A stretch of DNA of 46,675 nt from an uncultured Oscillospiraceae bacterium (GCA_964346145.1 CAYFTL010000002.1:1-46675); one strand, 5' to 3'; positions 35,092 through 45,497 are shown, counted from the stretch's first letter. Numbers and translations: made by a program. Notes: a model not told the origin generated them from the letters alone.

Positions 35092-35803
35092 AGATTTGTT
35101 GAGCGCCGGAGCCGAGCGGATGGAACTGAACATCGCTCCGGATGCGGTTGCCAAGATGGCAAGCTTTCACCGGATGCTGATGGAGGCCAACCAGAAGATG
35201 AATTTGACCCGCATCGTGGACGATGCGGAAGCGGTCGATGGGCACTATCTAGATTCGTTGGGGCTACTTCGCTTTGACGAGCTGCTTGAGGGGGCTACTA
35301 GCCTGTGCGATGTGGGTAGCGGTGCCGGCTTTCCCGGAATTCCGCTGGCGATTGCTCTGGGTGATCGGATTCGGGTGACGCTGGTGGATTCGCTAAACAA
35401 GCGGGTAGAGTTTTTAAACCAGGCGATAGAGGAGCTTGAACTGAACGCGGTGGCGGTTCACGGGCGCGCAGAGGAGTTGGCGCGCAAGAGTGAATTTCGC
35501 GATGGATTTGACCTGGTCACGGCCCGGGCGGTGGCAGCCTTGCCGGTGTTGATCGAGCTGTGCATGCCCTTTGCCAACAAGGGCGGATGGTTGATTTGTT
35601 ACAAGGGTCCGGCGACCGATCAGGAATTGGGCGAGTCTAAAGGAGCGCTCAAAGCGTTTTCCGGCGAGTTGGTGGCGCAGCACTCGGTGTCTATTCCAGG
35701 TCGGGATTGGGACCACAGGCTGCTCGTCTTTCGCAAAAATGCGCCGACGCCCAAGGCCTATCCGCGCAAGCCTGGAGACGCTTCGCGCAAGCCGCTGAAA
35801 TAA
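35084..35803 (+). CDS. rsmG: 16S rRNA (guanine527-N7)-methyltransferase RsmG (GidB)
   Basis: The start is at MIEDLLSAGAE, overlapping the mnmG stop by 8 nt. The SAM motif is DVGSGAGFPGIPLAI. The ORF-track upstream extension is an out-of-context read-through. Confidence 0.85.
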   Translation: MIEDLLSAGAERMELNIAPDAVAKMASFHRMLMEANQKMNLTRIVDDAEAVDGHYLDSLGLLRFDELLEGATSLCDVGSGAGFPGIPLAIALGDRIRVTLVDSLNKRVEFLNQAIEELELNAVAVHGRAEELARKSEFRDGFDLVTARAVAALPVLIELCMPFANKGGWLICYKGPATDQELGESKGALKAFSGELVAQHSVSIPGRDWDHRLLVFRKNAPTPKAYPRKPGDASRKPLK

Positions 35804-35894
35804 ACATAGTAACGCTTTGACGCGAAACTTGCTCAATAAGGCTACGCATATAAAACGGGCATCTTTTAAGCTTCTTAATAAGGAGGAGACCTTT

Positions 35895-36464
35895 TTGGAT
35901 TTTGATTTGAGGAACGCCAGGGTCTGGTCGCGGCAGCTGATTTGTGAGGCGTTGCCCGCGGGAGGCACCGTGGTGGATGCCACGATGGGCAACGGCAAAG
36001 ATACCTTGTGGTTGGCGGAGCTGGTGGGTTCTCAGGGGAAGGTAATCGCCTTTGACGTGCAGCAGGAGGCGCTAGAACGCACCCGGGCGCGGTTGGAGGA
36101 TGGCCAAATGCTCGACAGGGTTCGCCTCGTTTGCGATGGACATCAAAACGTGGACAAATATGTGGAAACAGCAATCGATGTTGCGGTGTTCAATTTGGGT
36201 TGGCTGCCGGGAGGCGATAAGCAAATTACAACCTTCGTTTCTACCACTTTGCAGGCGGCAGATGGTTGTCTTGCGTTGCTCAAGCCCTCGGGACTGCTCA
36301 GCATATGCGCCTATCCCGGGCATGAGGAGGGCGAGCGCGAAGCCGCTGCGCTGGTAGATTGGGCTAAAAATCTGGATCCCCGCCGGTACGATTGTATGTT
36401 GCAGACATATTTGAACAAACCGGCCAAGCCGCCCTTGCTGTTGGCGGTAAAAAAAGTCTGGTAG
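35895..36464 (+). CDS. class I SAM-dependent methyltransferase, YtqB-like putative rRNA methylase
   Basis: A TTG start at 35895 follows the AAGGAGG ribosome-binding site with an 8-nt spacer. The SAM motif is VVDATMGNGKDTLWLA. The product is about 190 aa, the typical size for this family. Confidence 0.6.
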   Translation: MDFDLRNARVWSRQLICEALPAGGTVVDATMGNGKDTLWLAELVGSQGKVIAFDVQQEALERTRARLEDGQMLDRVRLVCDGHQNVDKYVETAIDVAVFNLGWLPGGDKQITTFVSTTLQAADGCLALLKPSGLLSICAYPGHEEGEREAAALVDWAKNLDPRRYDCMLQTYLNKPAKPPLLLAVKKVW

Positions 36465-36529
36465 CATTGCGGCCATAGGCTGTGGTGTTTGGCGTTACTT
36501 AACAAGACCGACAGGGGAGGATTTAAAAG

Positions 36530-37090
36530 ATGAAACGGGTTAAAGACAAACAGGTGCTGGTGGCGGCAGATTTTGCCGGGTTTCCCTTGAAGCAAGCGGT
36601 GACCGAATACTTGACCAAGAATGGTTGGGAAGTAACCGATATCGGCGTGAAATCGGCCGATGAAGAAAACCCTGAAATGTTTCACCGACTAGGCCTGAAG
36701 GCGGGAGCCAAGATCAGTGAAGGGGAGTTTGAGCGCGCGTTGCTGTTTTGCGGTACGGGCATGGGCATTCATATTGCGGCAAGCAAGTGTCCCGGGGTCA
36801 ATGCAGGCGTAGTGGAGAGCGTGCCGGCGGCGCTGCGGGCGATCACCGGCAACAATGTGAACGTGTTGGCTATGGGCGCGTTCTACGTGGCACCCCAAAT
36901 GGGCATCGAAATCGCAGAAGCGTTTTTGAACCACAATTTGGGCGACGGCTATGAGTGGTGGACCAATTTTTATGAGTTCCACAAGCTGGCCTGCGACGAG
37001 CTGGATGCCTTTGACTACGAAGAGTTTAAGCGAAACGGTTTTGAGGTAAAGCGCTTGGGCGATGTGGATTTGACTTTAGAAAACAGATAA
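36530..37090 (+). CDS. RpiB/LacA/LacB-family sugar-phosphate isomerase
   Basis: FCGTGMGIHIAASKCPGVNAG contains the active-site Cys. The length is 186 aa. The ribosome-binding site is GGGGAGG. Confidence 0.7.
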   Translation: MKRVKDKQVLVAADFAGFPLKQAVTEYLTKNGWEVTDIGVKSADEENPEMFHRLGLKAGAKISEGEFERALLFCGTGMGIHIAASKCPGVNAGVVESVPAALRAITGNNVNVLAMGAFYVAPQMGIEIAEAFLNHNLGDGYEWWTNFYEFHKLACDELDAFDYEEFKRNGFEVKRLGDVDLTLENR

Positions 37091-37150
37091 GGAAAAAAAG
37101 AGGGCGGCTTGCATCAAATGCAAGCCGCCCTCTTCCTGGGTTTTGTAATT
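37091..37150. terminator. bidirectional terminator between the convergent rpiB-like gene (+) and the ABC operon (-)
   Basis: A perfect hairpin GAGGGCGGCTTGCAT-caa-ATGCAAGCCGCCCTC. On the - strand it is followed by a T-run. Confidence 0.8.
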
Positions 37151-37159
37151 AAAACATTG

Positions 37160-38140
37160 TCACCGATCTTCCCGGAAATAGTTGATGCCCGTGCCCTTGG
37201 GCTGAGATTTTTCGGGCTTCATTCGGATGGAAGAGACCACCAGCACGATGGCGGTTACCAAGAAGGGCAACATGGCAAACAGCGCGGTCGGAATATTGAC
37301 GATGCTGGTGGGGATGTATAGGCGCAACACGCTCAGCGCACCGAACACAAGCGATCCCAGAATGGCTTTGTAGGGGCTCCAGCTGGCAAAGATGACCAAC
37401 GCTACGGCGATCCATCCCTGGCCGTTTACACTGTTGTAGGTCCAGGTGCCCCCGCAGGTGATCAGGATAATGTAGGCACCGCCCAGGCCGCACAATCCGC
37501 CGCCCAGCAAAATGTGCACGTATTTATACAACGAAACACCGATGCCTGCGGCGTCGGCCGCCGCCGGATTTTCGCCCACCGCCCGCAGGTTCAGCCCCTT
37601 GCGGGTATGATGCAGATAAATACCGGCAATGATGGCCAATACAACGCCCAAATACACAAAAATATTGTGTTGGAAGAACATTTTGCCCACGTAGGGGATA
37701 TCCGACAGGAAAGGGATGCTAATGGGCTTGAGGGTGGCCTTCATGGCATCGCTGACCACCGCGCTTTGTGTGGGGGAATTCATGACCAGGTTTTCGCCCA
37801 CAAAGTTGGCAAGGCCGGTGCCAAAGATGGTCAGGGTAAGTCCGGTAACGTTCTGGTTGGCTTTTAGGGTGACCGTAAGGAAGGAGTAAATCAGCGCGCC
37901 CAAGGCTCCTGCGCCGAAGGCGGCCAGCAGGGCCAAGGCTAAATTATCGGTAAGATAGGCGCCCAAAAAGCCCATCAGCGCACCCATGTACATCATGCCC
38001 TCGACACCCAAGTTGAGGTTGCCCGATTTTTGGGTCAATATTTCGCCCAGCGTGCCAAACAAAAGCGGCGTGCCTGCCAGGATTGCGGCGTAGATAAAGT
38101 TGGCGATATAGCCCATGGTGTTGCTATCCATTGTAGGCAC
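37160..38140 (-). CDS. ABC transporter permease (BMP/nucleoside-sugar uptake family)
   Basis: The 326-aa product is multi-pass (NFIYAAILAGTPLLFGTLGEILTQKSGNLNLGVEGMM). Its start overlaps the upstream permease gene. Confidence 0.8.
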   Translation of the reverse strand: MPTMDSNTMGYIANFIYAAILAGTPLLFGTLGEILTQKSGNLNLGVEGMMYMGALMGFLGAYLTDNLALALLAAFGAGALGALIYSFLTVTLKANQNVTGLTLTIFGTGLANFVGENLVMNSPTQSAVVSDAMKATLKPISIPFLSDIPYVGKMFFQHNIFVYLGVVLAIIAGIYLHHTRKGLNLRAVGENPAAADAAGIGVSLYKYVHILLGGGLCGLGGAYIILITCGGTWTYNSVNGQGWIAVALVIFASWSPYKAILGSLVFGALSVLRLYIPTSIVNIPTALFAMLPFLVTAIVLVVSSIRMKPEKSQPKGTGINYFREDR

Positions 38141-39218
38141 CCCCCTTGCGGAATATCACTTTATAGCTAATGAAAAATTCGCAGCCCAGCACGAAGAATA
38201 AGATGATGCCCTGGAATACGTCGGCTGCCGATGGAGAAATGTTTAAAAGCGATTGCATGCTGCCGCTGCCTTTTTCCAAAACGGCAAACAGTGAACTGAC
38301 CAGAAGCACCGCGAAAGGGTTGAGCTGGGACAGCCATGCGATGGTGATCGCGGTGAAGCCCACGCCGCCGGCCACGGTGTCGGTCAAGGTTTTGTCGGCA
38401 CCCGACGCTTGTAGCGCGCCGGCCAGCCCGCAGATAGCGGCGCTTAAGAACATGGTGCGCACCACAATCTTGCCCACCTTCATGCCGGCGTAGCGGGCGG
38501 TATTTTGGTTTTCGCCGACCACGGTAAGCTCGTAGCCCTGTTTGGTGAAGCGAAGATATACGAACACCAAAACCACCAGCGCCAGCGCAAAGATCCACCC
38601 TGCGTGTACCCCCAGCACCGATGGCATGCGCGCCGATTTTTCAAACATGGCGATCTTGGGAAAGCCCATCGCGTTGGGATCGCGCCAAGGTCCTTCGCGC
38701 AAGAATTGGATCAGATACAACGCCACATAGTTGAGCATCAAAGTGAGCAGGGTTTCGTTGGTGCCGAAGCGGGCCTTGAATATGGCGGGGATCATGCCCC
38801 ACAGGCCGCCGGCGATAACGCCTGCTACAATCATCAAAGTCAGCAACAAGGGCTGAGGCAGGTGGCTATAGAACAGTGCAAAGAAGCTGGCGGCGATGGC
38901 GCCCACACTGATTTGACCTTCTGCGCCGATGTTCCAGAACCGCATTTTAAATGCCAAGGTGACGCCTAGGCCGGTGATGCACAGCGGGATGGCCAACTTA
39001 ATGGTCTCGCGAAGGGCGATGGTGGAGCCGACGGCGCCGTTAATCATCACCGAATACATGGTGAAGGGATTGGTGCCCAGCGCCCACATGAACAGGCCGC
39101 CGGTTACCAGCGCCAACAACACGGCGGCGATGCGCAGTGTAAAGGCGAAGCGCTTGGAAACGTCGGTGCGTTTTACGATTTGTACAAGGGGTTGTCTTTT
39201 GGTTTTAGTGAGCTGCAT
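38124..39218 (-). CDS. ABC transporter permease (BMP/nucleoside-sugar uptake family)
   Basis: The 364-aa product is multi-pass. It overlaps both neighbours, which indicates an operon. Confidence 0.8.
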   Translation of the reverse strand: MQLTKTKRQPLVQIVKRTDVSKRFAFTLRIAAVLLALVTGGLFMWALGTNPFTMYSVMINGAVGSTIALRETIKLAIPLCITGLGVTLAFKMRFWNIGAEGQISVGAIAASFFALFYSHLPQPLLLTLMIVAGVIAGGLWGMIPAIFKARFGTNETLLTLMLNYVALYLIQFLREGPWRDPNAMGFPKIAMFEKSARMPSVLGVHAGWIFALALVVLVFVYLRFTKQGYELTVVGENQNTARYAGMKVGKIVVRTMFLSAAICGLAGALQASGADKTLTDTVAGGVGFTAITIAWLSQLNPFAVLLVSSLFAVLEKGSGSMQSLLNISPSAADVFQGIILFFVLGCEFFISYKVIFRKGGAYNG

Positions 39219-40773
39219 TGGCCATCGCCTCCTCTTTGGTCGATCCGGTCATCATCAGCCCGATCATTTCTTTGCTGGCTTCTTTGGCGTTGACGATGCC
39301 GGTCACTTTGCCGCCGCAAAGCACCATAATCCGGTCGCACAACTCAATAAGCACGTCCAGATCCTCGCCGATGTACAAGATGCCTACGCCTTTCATTTTC
39401 TGCTCGTTTAGCAGCCGGTAGATGGTCATGGAGGAGTTGATGTCCAAGCCCCGCACCGGATATGCGGTGATCAGAATTCTGGGGTTCGACGAGATTTCAC
39501 GCCCCAGCAGCACTTTTTGCACGTTTCCGCCCGACAAACGGCTGATGGGCGTGTAAATGCCCGGTGTTACGATGCCCAACCGATCGATCAGCTCTTTGGC
39601 CAGCTTGCGCGGCGGTTTGCGGTCGATGAAGATGCCGGGCTGATTAATATATTCTTTGAGTAGCAAATTGTCTACCATGTTCATTGAACCGACAAGGCCC
39701 ATGCCCAACCGGTCTTCAGGGATAAAGCTCATGGAGATGCCTTTGGCGATAATTTCCCGGGGGGTTAAGCCCACCAGGTTTATGTTGTTGTACAAAATGG
39801 CCCCGCCCGATACGTTCTGCAATCCGGCGATGGCTTCGCATAGCTCCTTTTGGCCGCTGCCTGCGACTCCGGCTACACCCAGAATTTCCCCTCCGCGCAG
39901 CTGAAAGCTAACCTTGTCCAGAACTTTGACCTTTTCGTCGCTGAGCACGCTCAAGCTGTGCACGTCCAGCATCATTTCGTTGGCTTTGGACACGGGGCGG
40001 TGAATTGACAGATCCACCGATTGGCCAACCATAAGTTCGGTCAAGCTACGGGCGGTTGCATCGGCAGTATTTACCGTGTCGATGGATTTGCCCTTGCGCA
40101 AAATGGTGACCCTGTCGCTGATGGACAGCACTTCGTTTAGCTTGTGAGTGATGATGATGATGGCACAGCCATCCGCACGCATCTTGCGCAAGATTTCAAA
40201 CAAATGGTCGGTTTCCTGCGGAGTGAGCACTGCGGTGGGCTCGTCTAAAATCAGCGTGCGTGCACCGCGGTACAGCACCTTTAGGATTTCTACCGTTTGT
40301 TTTTCGCCCACGGAAAGGGAATAAATTTTGCGCTCCGGATCAACCTTTAAGCCGAAGCGGCGGCTGATTTCCAGGATCTCCTGGCTCAGCTGGGCGCGTT
40401 TTTTGTGCTGGGAAGGCGTGCCCATCACAATGTTTTCCCGGACCGAAAGCACATCCACCAGCTTAAAGTGTTGATGAATCATGCCGATGCCCAAGGCGAT
40501 GGCGTCGTGGGGCGAACGGATGTCCACCGGTCGGCTATCCACCAGAATCTGACCGCTGTCCGGGCGGTACAGGCCGGACAACATGTTCATTAGCGTAGTC
40601 TTTCCGGATCCGTTTTCGCCCAACAGCGCCAGTATTTCGCCGTTTTTTACGGTTAGATCGATATTGTCATTGGCAACGACATCGCCAAAGGTCTTGGTAA
40701 GTCCCCTTAGCTCTATGGCAAAATCGTTGGACTGCGGCGTTGGCTGCAATTCATGTTCCTCCATTTCAATCAA
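39205..40773 (-). CDS. ABC transporter ATP-binding protein with duplicated nucleotide-binding domains
   Basis: Two Walker A sites (GENGSGKTT, GVAGSGQKE) and two signature/Walker B regions are present. The length is 522 aa. Confidence 0.85.
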   Translation of the reverse strand: MIEMEEHELQPTPQSNDFAIELRGLTKTFGDVVANDNIDLTVKNGEILALLGENGSGKTTLMNMLSGLYRPDSGQILVDSRPVDIRSPHDAIALGIGMIHQHFKLVDVLSVRENIVMGTPSQHKKRAQLSQEILEISRRFGLKVDPERKIYSLSVGEKQTVEILKVLYRGARTLILDEPTAVLTPQETDHLFEILRKMRADGCAIIIITHKLNEVLSISDRVTILRKGKSIDTVNTADATARSLTELMVGQSVDLSIHRPVSKANEMMLDVHSLSVLSDEKVKVLDKVSFQLRGGEILGVAGVAGSGQKELCEAIAGLQNVSGGAILYNNINLVGLTPREIIAKGISMSFIPEDRLGMGLVGSMNMVDNLLLKEYINQPGIFIDRKPPRKLAKELIDRLGIVTPGIYTPISRLSGGNVQKVLLGREISSNPRILITAYPVRGLDINSSMTIYRLLNEQKMKGVGILYIGEDLDVLIELCDRIMVLCGGKVTGIVNAKEASKEMIGLMMTGSTKEEAMANAAH

Positions 40774-40987
40774 TTAAAATCAATGTATATATTATAATGG
40801 GGGAAAGGGTGAATTGCTAGCAATTTACGAGAATTACACCTGCCGGCGCGCTTTTAAAGTGTAAATTACAAAATTTCGACAGCTGGAAAGCAAAAACGAT
40901 GTTTTTAAAGAAAATCAATTGATTAAGGTTACTGCCGATGGTAGGATATAGCCGTGGGAACAATTATGAAGGGGAAAGGAGAAAAAT

Positions 40988-42523
40988 ATGGAATTATTGC
41001 TAATGGCGTTGGAACATAAGACGCCGATCGTCATCGGACTTATGGTGCTTTTGCTGCTGATCATTTTGCTTAAAAACTACGTGAAAGTGCCGCCGAACGT
41101 GGCGCTCATCGTGTCGGGGCGCCGCCGCAAGTATAAGGTTAAGGACAGCGAAGGCAAAGAGGTGATCAAAACCTTTGGTTACCGCATTGTGCGCGGTGGG
41201 GCAACCTTTGTGATTCCCTTTTTTGAGCGGGTGGACTGGTTGAATCTGGGCATCATGCAGGTGGATATTCAAACCACCCAGGCTGTGCCCAACCAGGAGT
41301 ACATTCCCGTGATGGTGGACGGCGTAGCCAATATTAAAATAGGCTCGGACGAGGTGTCGGTAGCCACCGCAGCCGAACAATTCCTGGGCTGGAAGCCCGA
41401 GCGTATCGCTGAAATTGCCACCCAGGTGCTGGAAGGTAATATGCGCGAGATTATCGGCCGGATGACCATTTCCGACCTGGTGCAGAACCGCGACAAGTTC
41501 GCTGTCGAGACCCAAAAAGCGGCCGACTACGACATGCAGAACATGGGCCTTGAGATCGTAAATATCACGATTCAAAATTTCTCGGACAAGGACGGCGTTG
41601 TGGAAGCGCTGGCCACCAAGAATATTGAAGAGAAAAAGCGCGACGCCGCTATCGCCAGGGCAGAAACCGAGCGCGATACCCAAATTCGGGCCTCGGAAGC
41701 GCGCCAACAAGGCCACAAGGCGGAGATGGCTGCTCAAACGCTGATTTCTGAGCAAAGCAAGGATTTGGCCATTAAAAAGGCCGAGTTTAAGGTGCAGGAA
41801 GACCGCATCAAAGCCGATGCCGACATCGCTTACGATGTGCAAAAGGAAATCGTGCGCAAGACCTACGAAGAGGAACGCGCCGCTGCCGAGATGACCAAGC
41901 TGCAAAAGCAGACCGAGCTGGAACGCCAGCAGGTAGAACTGCAGCGCGAGAAGCTCAACGTGGAAATCCGCGAACAAGCTCAAGCCGAACGCGATGCGCG
42001 CATTTTTCGATCGGAAGCCGAAAAGGCCGAGAAACAGGCCCAAGCCGATGCCGAGTTTTACGAGGCGCAAAAGGAAGCCGAGGCGTTGTTGCTCAAGGGC
42101 AAGGCTGAGGCCGAGGCCATCTTGCTCAAAGCGCAGGCCATGGAGCACTATGGTCGGGCTGCTATGCTGGAAATGGTGATCGAGCGCATGCCTGAAATTG
42201 CCCGAGCGGTGTCTGAACCGCTGGCACAGACCGAGAAGATTATCCTGTTTGGCGAAGGCGCCGCGCCCGGTATGGGCCGCGACGTAACCGCCACCATGAT
42301 GCAAACTTTCGAGGCCATGAAATCTTCGGTGGGTATCGACATCCCGCAAATGCTGAAAGATGTGACCACCGGCGGACTGCTGGGCAAAGCCATGAGCGAG
42401 CAGAGCGCACCCCAGGGCGAGGTTATCGAGAGTGCCCCAGAAGCGCCGGCAAGTGCGACTGGGCAAGATGGAAAAAAAGAGGCTGAAGGGGTTCAAAAGC
42501 AATCCGAAGAAGCTAAAAACTAA
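40988..42523 (+). CDS. floT: flotillin-like SPFH/band-7 protein (FloT/YuaG-type)
   Basis: There is an N-terminal membrane hairpin, an SPFH domain (NVALIVSG...VIPFFERVDWLNLGIMQVDIQT) and a long EA-rich coiled-coil (flotillin repeats). The ribosome-binding site is GGAGAAA/AAGGAG. Confidence 0.8.
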   Translation: MELLLMALEHKTPIVIGLMVLLLLIILLKNYVKVPPNVALIVSGRRRKYKVKDSEGKEVIKTFGYRIVRGGATFVIPFFERVDWLNLGIMQVDIQTTQAVPNQEYIPVMVDGVANIKIGSDEVSVATAAEQFLGWKPERIAEIATQVLEGNMREIIGRMTISDLVQNRDKFAVETQKAADYDMQNMGLEIVNITIQNFSDKDGVVEALATKNIEEKKRDAAIARAETERDTQIRASEARQQGHKAEMAAQTLISEQSKDLAIKKAEFKVQEDRIKADADIAYDVQKEIVRKTYEEERAAAEMTKLQKQTELERQQVELQREKLNVEIREQAQAERDARIFRSEAEKAEKQAQADAEFYEAQKEAEALLLKGKAEAEAILLKAQAMEHYGRAAMLEMVIERMPEIARAVSEPLAQTEKIILFGEGAAPGMGRDVTATMMQTFEAMKSSVGIDIPQMLKDVTTGGLLGKAMSEQSAPQGEVIESAPEAPASATGQDGKKEAEGVQKQSEEAKN

Positions 42524-42549
42524 CGACCAAAAACAAAAATTGAGTATAA

Positions 42550-42600
42550 CAAAAGGGAGCGTTCCTCCGGTGCATGCACCGGAGGAACGCTCTCTATTGA
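42550..42600. terminator. bidirectional terminator (perfect 18-bp-arm palindrome GAGCGTTCCTCCGGTGCA|TGCACCGGAGGAACGCTC)
   Basis: It lies between the convergent flotillin (+) and methyltransferase (-) genes. A T-run follows on the - strand. Confidence 0.8.
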
Positions 42601-42667
42601 ATGAAAAAATATGAAAGCATCTGTTGTACGTATCAGCAATAACGATATGGTTGTCTATGCTGATTGC

Positions 42668-43648
42668 TTAGACCCAGTCAAACCGGTCTCCTGCGTTGGC
42701 CTTGCGGGCAGCTCTAAAGGCTTCGATCTGTCGTTTGCTTACCGTGCGCAGCACGATTTGCCCGCCACTGCACAGCTCCAGGCCGATATTGCCTTTGCGA
42801 ATCTGCGGGTGGCGCAGCACCCGGGCTGCGGCCGGCTGTGCCTGTTCTCGAGATACCGCCACAAAGCTGTATTTCTCGTCCTCATAGGGGACGCTAGCGT
42901 TCTTCAGCTGCATATGGGTGCGGGAGCGTGGAATCCGGCAAGTGAAGTGGCACCAGTTGGGGTTTATGGCGGGACAGGGATAGTTTTCTTCGCAATTAGA
43001 GCCCGCCGGGCAAGGTGCCACCAGATGCCCACCCACGCCGAGCAGCTGTTGCCGTACTTGATTGATTACATTGAACCCGGCGGGCGTGCCCGGTTCTATG
43101 ATAATCAGCAGCTGCCGGGTAGCTTGCCACAACTTGGCAATCGCTTTTGTGCGGCTATCGACATCCATTTCATTGAGCATATAGGCCGCTGTAACCAGCT
43201 GCGCCTGCTCGCTCAAGGGATCGGTGAGCAGGTCAAAGCTCTGCCAATTTACGCGTGCAAAGGCCTGGGGAGCAAAGCCCATCAGCTGTTGACCCAGCTC
43301 GCTCATCGCCATTTCCCGCTCTAGGCAAAGGCCGTGCGGGAATTCCAGCAGCGATGCGATCGCCCAAGCCATGGCGCCTGTGCCCGCACCCACGTCCAAA
43401 AAGCTGCAGGGTGGCGTCTGGCCCAGGCAGTCCAAGGTGTGTTTTAACGCGGCCTTGGCCGCGCCGTAGGTGGCAGGCATGCGGGTGGCCGCATAGGAGA
43501 GCGCGCGCTGGGGGGTTTGCACAAACCGTTCTCGATAGGTGCGATTGGAGCGGTAGTCTAAGCTCAGTTCCTCGGCGTTTTGGACGATCTCCTGCAAACC
43601 AAATTGATCCAGCGACTGCTGTATGGCTTGGTACAAATCAACGTTCAT
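42668..43648 (-). CDS. class I SAM-dependent methyltransferase with a C-terminal Cys-rich region (Rsm22-like family)
   Basis: The SAM motif is LDVGAGTGAMAWAI. The C-terminal cluster reads CPAGSNCEENYPCPAINPNWCHFTC. The length is 326 aa. Confidence 0.5.
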   Translation of the reverse strand: MNVDLYQAIQQSLDQFGLQEIVQNAEELSLDYRSNRTYRERFVQTPQRALSYAATRMPATYGAAKAALKHTLDCLGQTPPCSFLDVGAGTGAMAWAIASLLEFPHGLCLEREMAMSELGQQLMGFAPQAFARVNWQSFDLLTDPLSEQAQLVTAAYMLNEMDVDSRTKAIAKLWQATRQLLIIIEPGTPAGFNVINQVRQQLLGVGGHLVAPCPAGSNCEENYPCPAINPNWCHFTCRIPRSRTHMQLKNASVPYEDEKYSFVAVSREQAQPAAARVLRHPQIRKGNIGLELCSGGQIVLRTVSKRQIEAFRAARKANAGDRFDWV

Positions 43649-43774
43649 TCCTTATGCTGCCTCCATTTTGCGTGAAGTTTGTCCTTGGACTGCGTATATT
43701 AGTTTGGCGGTGTTGAGCGATACGCAAATATCGCCGGCAACGTTGCCGGCGATATTGTATGGATTTGGTTGTGT

Positions 43775-44569
43775 TTAGCCCAGCGCAACGTCCAGCACCA
43801 TCATCAGCACGAAACCGAACATCACGCTTAGCGTGCCCACGTGGGAGTGTTCGCCCAAATGCGCTTCAGGGATTAGCTCTTCCACCACTACGTACATCAT
43901 GGCCCCTGCGGCGAAGGATAGCAGCCAGGGCATCAGCGGCTGGATTTGGCCGGCGATGAGCACCGTCAAAATGCCGAAGATCGGTTCGACGATCCCGGAA
44001 AGCGCTCCGTATACAAACGATCGAAAGGATGAAAAGCCTTCGTTGCGTAGCGGCAACGATATGGCTGCGCCTTCAGGGAAATTTTGAATGCCCATGCCCA
44101 GCGCCAGGGTCAGCGCGCCGGCGTAAGCAGCTAAATCTCCGTTGTGCTGGGCGGCCAAGGCGAAGGACAGGCCTACTGCCATGCCTTCGGGAATGTTGTG
44201 CAGGGTGACTGCCGACATCAGCAAGGTGGTGCGCTGCATGGAAGAGGAAGGCCCTTCAGGCGTTTTGGCACCCAAGTGCAAGTGGGGCATGGCGTTGTCT
44301 AACAGCATCAAAAAGCCGATGCCCAGTATGAAGCCACCCGCTGCCGGAATCCATCCTACCATTCCAGCTTTCCCAGCGGAATCTATCGCCGGGATTAACA
44401 GCGACCATATGGACGCTGCGATCATGACCCCTGCGGCAAATCCTAAGAAGACCCGTTGTACGTTGGGTTTAATTTCCTTGCGAAAAAAGAAAACCAGTGC
44501 TGCGCCCAGCGCAGTCATGAGGAAGGTAAATCCGGTTCCCAAAGCAGCCCACATTACTGCGGTACTCAT
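43775..44569 (-). CDS. zupT: ZIP-family zinc/metal transporter
   Basis: The metal-binding motif HNIPEGMAVG is present. The 264-aa product has 8 TM helices. Confidence 0.8.
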   Translation of the reverse strand: MSTAVMWAALGTGFTFLMTALGAALVFFFRKEIKPNVQRVFLGFAAGVMIAASIWSLLIPAIDSAGKAGMVGWIPAAGGFILGIGFLMLLDNAMPHLHLGAKTPEGPSSSMQRTTLLMSAVTLHNIPEGMAVGLSFALAAQHNGDLAAYAGALTLALGMGIQNFPEGAAISLPLRNEGFSSFRSFVYGALSGIVEPIFGILTVLIAGQIQPLMPWLLSFAAGAMMYVVVEELIPEAHLGEHSHVGTLSVMFGFVLMMVLDVALG

Positions 44570-44607
44570 CCACCATCATTCCTTTGCATATCAATTGAAA
44601 ATAAGAA

Positions 44608-44637
44608 AAATACCGTCTACCCGGAAAATTGCCGGGC
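44608..44637 (-). terminator. candidate - strand terminator downstream of the sugar-phosphate isomerase gene
   Basis: On the - strand, CCCGGcaattttCCGGG is followed by TAGACGGTATTTTT. Confidence 0.4.
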
Positions 44638-44654
44638 GGAAGCAAAAGTCTAAA

Positions 44655-45497
44655 TTAGATGCGCGCGCGCAAGAATTCTACTGCGGTCTTCACATCTGCG
44701 GCCGGATCGTCGCCCACTTCGCGCTCGATGGTCAAAAAGCCCTTGTAACCGATGTCGTTGAGTGCCTTCAAATAGTTTTCAAAATCCACATCGCCTTCGC
44801 CCAGGGGCAATTCAATGAAGCTGGATGAGGTAACGAGGGGATCGCCGGGCTTGAGGCCATAAATCACCTCGGGGTCGGCATCAAACAGCTTGCGGCCATC
44901 CTTGGCGTGGGTATGAACGATGTAATCCTTCAAGGTGTACACGGCCTGAACCGGGTCATCTCCGGTAACCATGATCAGGTTGGCAGGATCCATGTTGACC
45001 GCGACGCCGCGGGAATCCAGCGAATCTAAAAAGCTTTTTAGGGTAAGTGCGGTTTCGGGGCCGGTTTCCACGGCAAAGTGGGCCTTTACGCTGTCGGCGT
45101 ATTCGGCCAGTTCGCGGCAGGCATCCTGCATAATCTTATAACGGGGGTGGGCAGGGTCGGAGGGCACGACGCCGATGTGGGTGGTTACCACGTCGCACTC
45201 CATTTCCAGCGCCATATCCAGTATGCGCTTGGACGCTTCCACCAGTTCAGGATTGGCGTCGGCTTTGCCGAAACCGTGGCCCAGATCGCCGCACAACGCC
45301 GAGAGAACCATGCCCCGATCCTTTGCTTTTTTTAAGAATTCGGCGCGTTCGGCTTTATTCATCGGTTGATTGAAAATTTTATCGGGTGCGGCGTAAACCT
45401 GCAATCCCTGTACACCGAGGCTTTGAGCCAATTGTAGCGACTCATCCAGTCCCTTGTGAAACGATTCCAGAATGGCACCAATCGAAAACGGATACAT
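44655..45497 (-). CDS. sugar phosphate isomerase/epimerase (xylose-isomerase-like TIM barrel)
   Basis: The 280-aa product reads [13 protein letters not shown]...HIGVVPSD...HTHAKDG, the pattern of the AP-endonuclease-2/xylose-isomerase-like fold. Confidence 0.7.
   Translation of the reverse strand: MYPFSIGAILESFHKGLDESLQLAQSLGVQGLQVYAAPDKIFNQPMNKAERAEFLKKAKDRGMVLSALCGDLGHGFGKADANPELVEASKRILDMALEMECDVVTTHIGVVPSDPAHPRYKIMQDACRELAEYADSVKAHFAVETGPETALTLKSFLDSLDSRGVAVNMDPANLIMVTGDDPVQAVYTLKDYIVHTHAKDGRKLFDADPEVIYGLKPGDPLVTSSSFIELPLGEGDVDFENYLKALNDIGYKGFLTIEREVGDDPAADVKTAVEFLRARI

Noticed and set aside
41000-42502. 500-aa - strand ORF antisense to the flotillin gene
   Set aside because: It is a mirror of the EA-rich coiled-coil gene and has a Leu/Gly/Arg/His low-complexity composition. 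The sense strand has a canonical SPFH domain.
44570-44654. Looked for a Zur box upstream of zupT
   Set aside because: No convincing AAATCGTAATnATTACGATTT-like palindrome. Only a short hairpin, which serves as the terminator of the neighbouring gene.
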